This document shows positions 12,086 to 23,161 of a DNA stretch of 64,000 bases, in pieces. The notes under the pieces are model-generated. The model saw only the letters and a program-made list of their open reading frames with translations. It searched no databases and was not told the DNA's origin. The position numbers and the translations under genes were made by a program. The stretch lies in the NCBI GenBank assembly GCA_965203445.1, contig OZ241883.1, positions 2,080,001 to 2,144,000 on the forward strand, given 5' to 3'. The DNA comes from Candidatus Oxydemutator sp. GTDB taxonomy: Bacteria; Pseudomonadota; Gammaproteobacteria; Poriferisulfidales; Oxydemutatoraceae. Every line of letters starts with the position of its first letter. Within the stretch, counting starts at the first letter, position 1.

Positions 12086-12123
12086 GCAAAACGAGAAAGA
12101 TTCAGGCGCGGCGGCGGTGTCCT

Positions 12124-12615
12124 CTAAAACGGAATGTCATCGTTTTGATCCAGCGCCGTATCGGCACCGCCGACCGTCGTATCCACCGGCGTCGGCGCGG
12201 CGCGCCCGGCACCCGGCTGTGCACTCCTGTGGCGCGACCTCTCGGACCTGTCGTAGTGGGCCGTGTTGTCGCCGCCCGTTCTGCGTCCTAGAATCTGCAT
12301 GTCAGAAACGACGATCTCGGTGTTGTAACGGTCGTTGCCGGCCTGGTCCTGCCATTTGCGAGTCTGCAAGCGCCCCTCGACGTATATTTGCGAACCTTTG
12401 TGCAGATATTCGCCGACGATCTCGGCGAGCCTGCCGAAGAACACCAGCCGATGCCACTCGGTTTCCTCCTGCCGCTCTCCGGTCTCGCGGTTCTTCCAGC
12501 TCTCGGTCGTCGCCAGCGACAAGTTGCAGACGGCCGATCCCTTGGACGTGTAACGCACTTCGGGATCCTGTCCCAGATTGCCTATCAAAATCGCCTTGTT
12601 GACTCCTCTTGCCAT
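12124..12615 (-). CDS. ssb: Single-stranded DNA-binding protein
   Basis: [19 protein letters not shown]... and C-terminal DDIPF. Confidence 0.97.
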   Translation of the reverse strand: MARGVNKAILIGNLGQDPEVRYTSKGSAVCNLSLATTESWKNRETGERQEETEWHRLVFFGRLAEIVGEYLHKGSQIYVEGRLQTRKWQDQAGNDRYNTEIVVSDMQILGRRTGGDNTAHYDRSERSRHRSAQPGAGRAAPTPVDTTVGGADTALDQNDDIPF

Positions 12616-12648
12616 AAAACAAATCCTCTATTGATCGGTTATGTTAAA

Positions 12649-12679
12649 AATATAGTAACGGACAATCCGTTACTATATT
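12649..12679. promoter_or_regulatory. Perfect 14-bp inverted repeat upstream of ssb (operator or hairpin)
   Basis: AATATAGTAACGGA-caa-TCCGTTACTATATT. Confidence 0.5.
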
Positions 12680-12799
12680 ACCTTTTTGCAGTCTCGGCCA
12701 GCGTCCCGACGCCGAGCGCCGCCCGATTGGCCTTCGACGGGGGCAGCTCCAACGTGGCGGCCGCCTCAAGGGCGCCCTCAACGCGCGCAAGACGCCGCC

Positions 12800-14023
12800 T
12801 CAGCGCGCCGCTTCCCGGTCTCCGACCCTGCCGACTTGTATCACGCGCCCGGCGCCGGCGCCGGGCGCCCGCATGCCGAACGCGCCCAAAAACCAGACGA
12901 ACAGCATCGCCGCCGAGAGCGGCGCGACAAAAGCCTCTCCCAGCCGCTCGCCGACGAGGCCGGCGCCAGTGGCGCCGCAAAACACGCCCAGAAACTGCGC
13001 CGCCGAAAAAACCCCCAGCGCGCCGCCGCGCGCGCGCGCCGCACAGGTTCGGCTCACGAGCGCCGGCAGACTTGCCTCGAGATACATGAACGCGGTGAAG
13101 AACAGCACGATCAACACGACGAAGAACGGCGCCTGCGGCGGGAAATACCAGGCCGCCTGGGTGATCGCCGCGAGCGCCACCATGGCCAGAAAAAGATCCT
13201 TGACGCGGCGGCTCCGGGCGCTTGCCGCAAGCGCCGGCCACGTCAGCGCAAAAGCGAGCGCCAGCAGCAACAGATAAAAAAGCCAGTGCCGCTCGGCGCC
13301 AAGCCCCAAGCGCGGTTCGAGCACCGTCGGCAAAACCATGAAATTGGCGGCCAGCACCGCGTGCAACGCGAAGATGCCGGCGTACAGGCGCAGCAGATCG
13401 CGGTCGGCAAAAGCGCCACGCAAGCTTTCGCCGAGCGCCGGAGCCCGGGCGACGATCGCGGACGGCACCAGCAGCAGCGTCCACGCGACGGCCGCCGCGC
13501 CAAGGGCCGCGCTCACGAAAAAAATTCCCGACAAACCGAACCACGCGTGGAAAACCGGCCCCAACACCAGCGCCAGCGCGAACGCGACGCCGATACCGGC
13601 ACCGATGGCGGCGTTGACCTTGGCGCGTTGTTCGTCGCGGCTGACGTCGGCGGCAAGCGCCATCAACGCCGCCGCGACCGCCCCCGTGCCTTGCAACGCG
13701 CGCCCGGCGATGACGCCGTAGATCGTCTCCGAGAACGCGGCGACAAGGCTGCCGGCGCAGAATAACGACAAGCCGGCGACGATGATACTCTTGCGCCCGA
13801 AGCGATCCGACAACATGCCCATCGGCACTTGCATCAGCGCCTGGGTCAGGCCGTACACGCCGAGCGCGACGCCGGTCAGCAGCTGGGTGGCGCCCCGGAA
13901 TTCGCCGCTGTGCAACGCGAACACCGGGAACAGCAGAAACAACCCCAACATGCGCACCACGTAGACGCCGCCGAGGCCGACGGCGGCGCGCTTCTCGACC
14001 CGGTTCATTGCAGACTTGGACAT
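12800..14023 (-). CDS. MFS transporter, YajR-like
   Basis: [15 protein letters not shown] motif A; uvrA-MFS-ssb synteny. Confidence 0.85.
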   Translation of the reverse strand: MSKSAMNRVEKRAAVGLGGVYVVRMLGLFLLFPVFALHSGEFRGATQLLTGVALGVYGLTQALMQVPMGMLSDRFGRKSIIVAGLSLFCAGSLVAAFSETIYGVIAGRALQGTGAVAAALMALAADVSRDEQRAKVNAAIGAGIGVAFALALVLGPVFHAWFGLSGIFFVSAALGAAAVAWTLLLVPSAIVARAPALGESLRGAFADRDLLRLYAGIFALHAVLAANFMVLPTVLEPRLGLGAERHWLFYLLLLALAFALTWPALAASARSRRVKDLFLAMVALAAITQAAWYFPPQAPFFVVLIVLFFTAFMYLEASLPALVSRTCAARARGGALGVFSAAQFLGVFCGATGAGLVGERLGEAFVAPLSAAMLFVWFLGAFGMRAPGAGAGRVIQVGRVGDREAAR

Positions 14024-14116
14024 CGGTGCGACAACCCGCGGGTGAATACAAACCACTCAGCGCCACTCATGAGATGCGGTAATATTAGCAGCTTTGGCCG
14101 TATTTTTCTAATTGCG

Positions 14117-16957
<2,841 letters not shown>

Positions 16958-17051
16958 CCACGGGACAATATCATTCGATTCCGGCGGTTTCCGCCCAGTC
17001 CCTCGCCGCGGAAGGCAGCGCGACAATGGCGCCATGGCGCCTATGGGGGGG

Positions 17052-18377
17052 TCAACGAGGCTTTTTGCCGGCGGGCGCTTTGCGCACCGGCACCCTCAAC
17101 TTCTGCCCGACCCGAATCCGATCAGACTTGATCCCGGAAAACCTCTTGATCTCGGCGACGCTGGTCTTGAACCTAAGCGCAATCTCGGACAGCGTATCCC
17201 CGCTGCGCACCTTGTATTCCGCGACCGAGGTGCGCGCGAGCAACAGATCGGGCGTGGCATGCTCGGCGAAATAGCGGCGGATGCCCGTCGCCAGCTTCGA
17301 CGCGAGGCGGCGCTGGTAGCGTTGGTCGTTTAAGCTCGCCTCCTCCTTCGGGTTCGTCAGGTAGCCCAGCTCGACCAACACCGACGGCGTGTCGGGCGAC
17401 TTCAGCACGGCGAAGCCGGCGGCCTCGATGCGCCGGCTCTTCGCTATCTCGCCGAAGCCGCGTAGCAACGCCGAGGCCAGCCTGGCGCTGCGCTCCATCG
17501 CCGCGGTCTGCGACAGGTCTATCAGGATCGAGGCCAGCGTCTCGTCCTTGTCTTGCAGCGCGACGCCGCCCATCAGATCGGCGGCGTTCTCGCGCTGCGC
17601 CAGCAGGCGCGCGGCCTCGGTCGAGGCGCCCTTGTGCGAAAGACGATAGACCGAGGCGCCGCGCGCGCGCGGCGTCGGCGCGGCGTCGGCGTGGATCGAG
17701 ACGAACAGGTCGGCGCGGTGGCGGTGCGCGAACGCAACGCGCTTGCGCAACGACACGAAGCGGTCGCCGGCGCGCGTCAGCAGTGCGCGCATGCCGTATT
17801 CGCGGTTTATCAGGTCGCGCAGGCGCCGCGACACCGCGAGCGCGACGTTCTTCTCGTAGCTGCCGCGCGCGCCGATTGCGCCGGTGTCCTTGCCGCCGTG
17901 GCCCGGGTCAATGACGACGACCGCGTCGCGGGGAGCGGCGGCGGGCGCGCGCTTGGACGCGGCAGACCGGCGGCGCAACCCCTGCGGGTGGCGCACGGTC
18001 ACAACCAGTTCGCGCGCGCGCCCCTGCGGGCGCCGTGCCGCATACGCGCCGCCGACACTCGCCGCAAGATCGAAGACCAGGCGGTAGCCGTCGGTGCCGC
18101 GCCGCGCGTGGCGCACCCTCCTGATCAATATGCTGTCGGCGGTGACCGCCGGCCCGGCGGCGACGAACCGGGTGTGCCTGAAGTCCATCACCAGGCGCGG
18201 CGGCGAGTCCAGTTCCAATATGGCGTAGTCGGGCACGCGGTCGAACTGCATCACGATGCGGGCGCTGTTGCCGGTGTCGCTGACGGCAACGTCGCTCAGG
18301 CGGGCGCCGTCGGCCGGTGCGACCGCCGGCGACACCAGCGCCAACACCGCCGCGATGCGACGCGCCACCGGCGTCAC
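17052..18377 (-). CDS. amiB: N-acetylmuramoyl-L-alanine amidase (AMIN + Amidase_3 + LysM)
   Basis: IDPGHGGKD, SIHAD, LVELGY, C-terminal LysM; follows tsaE. Confidence 0.88.
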   Translation of the reverse strand: MTPVARRIAAVLALVSPAVAPADGARLSDVAVSDTGNSARIVMQFDRVPDYAILELDSPPRLVMDFRHTRFVAAGPAVTADSILIRRVRHARRGTDGYRLVFDLAASVGGAYAARRPQGRARELVVTVRHPQGLRRRSAASKRAPAAAPRDAVVVIDPGHGGKDTGAIGARGSYEKNVALAVSRRLRDLINREYGMRALLTRAGDRFVSLRKRVAFAHRHRADLFVSIHADAAPTPRARGASVYRLSHKGASTEAARLLAQRENAADLMGGVALQDKDETLASILIDLSQTAAMERSARLASALLRGFGEIAKSRRIEAAGFAVLKSPDTPSVLVELGYLTNPKEEASLNDQRYQRRLASKLATGIRRYFAEHATPDLLLARTSVAEYKVRSGDTLSEIALRFKTSVAEIKRFSGIKSDRIRVGQKLRVPVRKAPAGKKPR

Positions 18378-18889
18378 GCGCGCGGCTCCGGCGCGGCGGT
18401 GGGAGCGGCGCGAAAGGCTTCGATCACGCGCTCCGCCGGAAAATCGCCGCGCGGGTACATGACCACGCGACGGGCCGCGCCTCGGCGCGCGTCGTCAAAC
18501 GCGAGCACCACGCGCAGCACCGGCGCCGGCACGCGGCCGCGCGCGCGCTCCGGCCATTCGATCAGGCACACGCCGGCGGCATCGAAGTAGTCGCGGATGC
18601 CCGCGCCCTCGATCTCGGCGGCGTCCTTGATGCGGTAGAAATCCATGTGGTGCACCGGGTAGCGCTCGCCCGGATAACTCTCGATCAGCGTGTAGGTCGG
18701 GCTTTTGACGCGGCCACGGTAGCCCGACGCGCGAATGAAGCCCCGACACAGCGTCGTCTTGCCCGTACCCAGTTCGCCTTGCAGCCAGATCGAGGACGCC
18801 GGACGCACGCGCGCGGCGAGACAGGCACCGAGTCGCTGCATCGAGTCGGCGGTCTCTATCGTCAATGTCGCGTGCGCCTCGGCCACCAT
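18374..18889 (-). CDS. tsaE: t6A biosynthesis ATPase TsaE
   Basis: GELGTGKTT, VKSPTYTL, HMDFYR, IEWPE. Confidence 0.94.
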   Translation of the reverse strand: MVAEAHATLTIETADSMQRLGACLAARVRPASSIWLQGELGTGKTTLCRGFIRASGYRGRVKSPTYTLIESYPGERYPVHHMDFYRIKDAAEIEGAGIRDYFDAAGVCLIEWPERARGRVPAPVLRVVLAFDDARRGAARRVVMYPRGDFPAERVIEAFRAAPTAAPEPRA

Positions 18890-18892
18890 CGC

Positions 18893-20389
18893 TCACGGGT
18901 TGGCGCTCTCTCGGAGGAAGCGCAGCAGGTCGGTCGCGATCATGCCGCGCGGTGCGCGGCGTCCGGCACGCTCCGCGGCCTCGGCGTGCAGGCATACCCC
19001 CAACACCGCGGCTCGTTCCGGCGCAAACCCCTGCCCCAACAAGGAACCGATCACGCCGCTTAAGACGTCGCCCATGCCGGCGCTCGACATGCCGGCGTGG
19101 CCACCTTCGCACGCCGTCGTTCCGGCGGGCGAACAGACCAGCGTGCCGGCGCCTTTCAGCACGCAGACACCGCCGTATTTGCGCTGCAACTCGCGCACCG
19201 CGCGAAAGCGATCTTCCTGCACCGCGCGCGTGCTCCGCCCTGACAACGCCGCGGCCTCGCCCGGGTGGGAGGTCAACACCCAATGCTCGCGGGCGGCCGG
19301 CTCGGCCGCCAGCAAATGCAGCGCATCGGCGTCGGCGACCGCCGGCAGGCCCGCCTCGAGCACCGCGTCCAGCAGCGTCCGCGCCCATTCGTCGCGGCCC
19401 AGGCCCGGCCCGATGACGACCGCGTCGGCCCTGTCGAGCATCGCGCGCAACTGCCGCGGCTGCTCGACGCCACGCGGCATCAACACCGGGCATGCCGCGG
19501 CCATCGCCGGCGCGTGGGCATCGCGGGTGGCAACACTGACCAAGCCGCTGCCGGTGCGCATCGCCGCCTGCGCCGCCAGCAGTGCCGCCCCCATCATGCC
19601 GGTGTTGCCGCCGACGACGAGAACGTGGCCGAACTGCCCCTTGTGCGTGTCGCCGCGCCGCGCCGGCAGCCACGAGCGGACTTCGCGGTACGCGGCCAAG
19701 CGCGCCGCGGCCTCGATCTCGGCGACCGCGTCGCTGTCGGCTTGCGCCTCGTCGGTCTGCAACGAGGAAAACAGAACGTCGCCGCCGTATTCGACGCCGG
19801 CGCCGGTGTACATCCCCTGCTTGCGCGTGATGAAACTGACGGTCGCATCGGCGCGTACCGCAACCGGCGACGGGCGTCCGGTATCGGCATTGAGGCCGGA
19901 AGGAACGTCCACTGCGAGCTTCGGCTTGGGATGCTTGTTGATGGCCTCTATCCACTCGATCATCTCCGCGGACAACGGCTTGTTCAAGCCGCTGCCGAAA
20001 ATTGCATCCACGATCAGCTCGGCCTGCGGCGGCACCGGGAGCGACGCCGGGCGCTCCTCGCCCTGCGCCGCAAGGTAATCCGCGCGCGCCTGCGCCGCGT
20101 CGCCCGCAAGGCGCTCGAGGCGCCCGGCGTCGCCGATCTGGAACACGCACACGCGGCGCCCGGCGGCCAGCAGCAGACGGCCGAGCGCGTAGCCGTCACC
20201 ACCGTTGTTGCCGACGCCCGCATGAATCGCAATCTCCCGCGCGCCGGGCCAGCGCTCGATCAAATACCCGAAGCAGGCGTGCGCGGCACGGCACATCAAC
20301 TCGTAACCCGAAACCGATACGCCAGCGGTGCCCGCAATCAAAAAACGGTCTATTTGCCTGCTTTGTTCGGCTGTGTAGAGGAGATGCAT
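18893..20389 (-). CDS. nnr: Bifunctional NAD(P)HX epimerase/dehydratase
   Basis: GNNGGDG, DAIFGSG, HKGQFG, DADAL, GMGDVLSG. Confidence 0.93.
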   Translation of the reverse strand: MHLLYTAEQSRQIDRFLIAGTAGVSVSGYELMCRAAHACFGYLIERWPGAREIAIHAGVGNNGGDGYALGRLLLAAGRRVCVFQIGDAGRLERLAGDAAQARADYLAAQGEERPASLPVPPQAELIVDAIFGSGLNKPLSAEMIEWIEAINKHPKPKLAVDVPSGLNADTGRPSPVAVRADATVSFITRKQGMYTGAGVEYGGDVLFSSLQTDEAQADSDAVAEIEAAARLAAYREVRSWLPARRGDTHKGQFGHVLVVGGNTGMMGAALLAAQAAMRTGSGLVSVATRDAHAPAMAAACPVLMPRGVEQPRQLRAMLDRADAVVIGPGLGRDEWARTLLDAVLEAGLPAVADADALHLLAAEPAAREHWVLTSHPGEAAALSGRSTRAVQEDRFRAVRELQRKYGGVCVLKGAGTLVCSPAGTTACEGGHAGMSSAGMGDVLSGVIGSLLGQGFAPERAAVLGVCLHAEAAERAGRRAPRGMIATDLLRFLRESANP

Positions 20390-20497
20390 ATGACCCGGAC
20401 GACGATGTCGCCACTAATCAGGGAGAGGCTGCACGATGCCTGACCGAGCACAAGACTATACCACAGGACTGGCTAAAAGAATGGTAATAACAATGGC

Positions 20498-20549
20498 TTG
20501 TATAATTTCACACCGGGACTTTACAATAATCTGAATAATAGTCATTATT
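20498..20549 (+). promoter_or_regulatory. Putative sigma70 promoter with adjacent Fur-box-like site
   Basis: TTGTAT-N18-TACAAT (20498-20527), then CTGAATAATAGTCATTATT (20531-20549; 13/19 to GATAATGATAATCATTATC) upstream of an iron-uptake gene. Confidence 0.55.
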
Positions 20550-20689
20550 ATTTGTACTGATGTCTAGTCGGCAGAAGTACCCAACCGGAAGCCGACCGGC
20601 GCAAACGGCATCAGCACCGGCGTCTGGAGCGCTGGTAACTGCGGGTTCACATAGAATCCTGTTTCTATAACACATAAGGAAAGCCTATC

Positions 20690-21229
20690 ATGAAAAAACT
20701 CATCACTTTGTTGTGCGCGGCGCTGCTGCCTGCGAGCGTCGCCGCCGTCGAGCTGATCATCGGCGAGGAAACCGTCGCCCCCGGCATCGTCTTCATATTC
20801 GAGGGCGCCGTCAAGGACGACATCACGCCCGCCGACCATCACCTGCCGATGGACGAGACCCACGTGCATATCGAAGCGCGCGTCAACTGGGGCGAGGAGT
20901 CCATTCCCGAAGGCACGCCCGCCGGCGGCTTCGTGCCCTATCTGACGATCACCGCCAAGGTCGTCAACGCGAAAACCGGCGCGATGCTGATGACCGACCT
21001 GCTGCCGCACATCAACCTGATAGACAACTTCCACTACGCGCGCAACATCGCGCTGCCCGGCCCCATCGGCGACCGCTACGACGTAACCTTTCACGTCGCG
21101 CCGCCGGCGGGACTGGCGCTGTCCTTCCACAACGACTGGCGCCAGGAATACGGCGACAACGTGCTCCAGGAAAAGACGTTCCAGTACCGCGGCGTGAACT
21201 TCAAGGAGATCGCCGAAGCGACGAGGTAG
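20690..21229 (+). CDS. Periplasmic iron transporter, P19/FetP/Tpd family
   Basis: Signal peptide, HIEAR, GGFVPYL, HYARNI; RBS AAGGA; upstream Fur-like box. Confidence 0.8.
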   Translation: MKKLITLLCAALLPASVAAVELIIGEETVAPGIVFIFEGAVKDDITPADHHLPMDETHVHIEARVNWGEESIPEGTPAGGFVPYLTITAKVVNAKTGAMLMTDLLPHINLIDNFHYARNIALPGPIGDRYDVTFHVAPPAGLALSFHNDWRQEYGDNVLQEKTFQYRGVNFKEIAEATR

Positions 21230-21295
21230 TAAGCACAGACCGCACCCCTTAAGGATCCGTCATTGCCGCCTTGTCTCGCCGGCATGAGGAAATGC

Positions 21296-23161
21296 TCATG
21301 CCGGGTTCCCGCTTTCGCGGGAATGACGCGCCTGCAAGGGGAGGTGGGACGGGCTAAGACAGTCCAAATGCGTCTGCAACCACATCTCCAGCAGCGCGCA
21401 ATGCCATAACTTGTTGCCGCGGATCGGCGTCAGGTTGTCCTCGTCGTCGTTCGCAAGCAGACGCTCGAGGTAGTCGCGCCGGAACAAGCCGCGCTCGCGG
21501 CAGGCGCGCGACGTCAGCACGTCGCCCATCATCCGCCGCAGACGCTCGTCCACGAACTTCAGCGCCGGCACCGGAAAATAACCTTTTTTTCTATCAATAA
21601 CCTCTTTTGGAACAATGTCTTGTGCTATTTTTTTCAGAATATACTTGCCCCCGTCCGCAAGCTTCAGCGCGGGCGGTATGCGCATCGCCTCCTCGACCAG
21701 CCGGTGATCCAGAAAAGGCACCCTGGCCTCGACGCCCCACGCCATCGTCATGTTGTCCACGCGCTTGACCGGATCATCCACTATCAGCCGCGTCACGTCC
21801 ATGCGCAGCACCGCGTCCATGAACGTGTCGGCCCCGTCTTCGTGCAGCGACGCCTCGATCATCGGCGAGGTCACGTCGGGCACGTGCAGCCCGTCCGCCA
21901 CCGTGCGCCGGTACTCGTCGTGGTCGCGGTCGAAATAATGCGCGCGGAAGCGCTCGAGGCGGCTGCCCGCGGCTGACTGCATCCGCGGATACCAGAAATA
22001 ACCGGCGAACACCTCGTCGGCGCCCTGCCCGCTCTGCACCACCTTGATGTCCCTGCCGACCTGCTCGGCCAGCAGGTAAAAAGCGATGCAGTCCTGCCCC
22101 AACATCGGCTCGGCCATGTTCGCAATCGCCTCCGGCAGGCGTTCGTACAACTGCCGGTCGGAAACCCGAAAGCGATGATGGCGCGTAGCGTAGGCCTCCA
22201 CGACCCGATCCGAATACTCGAACTCGTCACCGCGCTCGTGCTCGCGGTGCTCAAAGCCTATCGTATAGGTGCGAATGTCCGCAGCGCCGCTCTCGGCCAG
22301 CAGCGCCAGCAGCAGGCTCGAGTCGAGGCCGCCGGAAAGCAGCACGCCGACCGGCACGTCGGCGATCCGAAAGCGCGTCTCGATAGCGCACCGCAATTCG
22401 GTTCTGGTGCGTTCGATCCACTCCGCCTCGCCGAGGTGCCGTCCGTCGCCCCCGTTGCGCTCGTTGCGCCTGGCCGTGAGATTCCAGTAGCGCTTTTTCG
22501 TCGTGCTCCCGCCAGGCCGAACCGCGTCAACCCGCAAACTATGCGCCGGTTCCAGCTTGCGCACGCCGCGCAGCAGCGTGCGCGGCGCCGGCACCACGGC
22601 ATGCAGCGTCAGGTGGCGATGCAGCGCCACCGGATCGAGTGCGGTATCCACGCCGCCCGCGGCCAGCAACGCCTGCGGGTTCGACGCAAACGCAAGACGC
22701 CGCGCATCGCGCGTGTAATACAACGGCTTGATGCCGAGGCGGTCGCGCGCCAGCAGCAGGCTGCGCGCATTCCGATCCCATACCGCAAACGCAAAGATAC
22801 CGTCGAGACGCCGCGGGCAGTCGTCGCCCCAGCGGTGATAAGCCTTCAGGATCACCTCGCTGTCGCTGTCGCTGAAAAAGCGATAGCCGAGGGCGGACAA
22901 TTCGCTCCTCAATTCGCGGTAGTTGTATATCACGCCGTTGAAAACCAGCACCAGGCCGAGTTCCTCATCCACCATCGGCTGCTCGCCCGCAGGCGACAAA
23001 TCAATAATCGCAAGCCGCGTATGCGCAAGCGCAACCGCCCCGTCGGTGAACACATGATGACCATCCGGCCCGCGCCGACGCAGATGCACAAGCATCCGCC
23101 GCATACGCACCGCATCCCCCACCCCCCCATCAAACCAAATCTCCCCCGCAATACCGCACAT
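21296..23161 (-). CDS. AsnB-family glutamine amidotransferase (N-acetylglutaminylglutamine amidotransferase-like)
   Basis: MCGIAG, RRGPD, LLSGGLDSS, SGQGADEVFAGY, DDPVKRVDNMTMAWG. Confidence 0.88.
   Translation of the reverse strand: MCGIAGEIWFDGGVGDAVRMRRMLVHLRRRGPDGHHVFTDGAVALAHTRLAIIDLSPAGEQPMVDEELGLVLVFNGVIYNYRELRSELSALGYRFFSDSDSEVILKAYHRWGDDCPRRLDGIFAFAVWDRNARSLLLARDRLGIKPLYYTRDARRLAFASNPQALLAAGGVDTALDPVALHRHLTLHAVVPAPRTLLRGVRKLEPAHSLRVDAVRPGGSTTKKRYWNLTARRNERNGGDGRHLGEAEWIERTRTELRCAIETRFRIADVPVGVLLSGGLDSSLLLALLAESGAADIRTYTIGFEHREHERGDEFEYSDRVVEAYATRHHRFRVSDRQLYERLPEAIANMAEPMLGQDCIAFYLLAEQVGRDIKVVQSGQGADEVFAGYFWYPRMQSAAGSRLERFRAHYFDRDHDEYRRTVADGLHVPDVTSPMIEASLHEDGADTFMDAVLRMDVTRLIVDDPVKRVDNMTMAWGVEARVPFLDHRLVEEAMRIPPALKLADGGKYILKKIAQDIVPKEVIDRKKGYFPVPALKFVDERLRRMMGDVLTSRACRERGLFRRDYLERLLANDDEDNLTPIRGNKLWHCALLEMWLQTHLDCLSPSHLPLQARHSRESGNPA
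21303..21328. repeat. REP-like palindrome inside the 3' end of the amidotransferase gene
   Basis: TTCCCGC-TTTC-GCGGGAA-TGAC, translating as RHSRESGNP. Confidence 0.5.

Noticed and set aside
20560-20689. Possible riboswitch in the leader of the P19-type gene
   Set aside because: A GTCGGC/GCCGAC stem exists, but I cannot match a known riboswitch consensus; an Rfam scan is needed.
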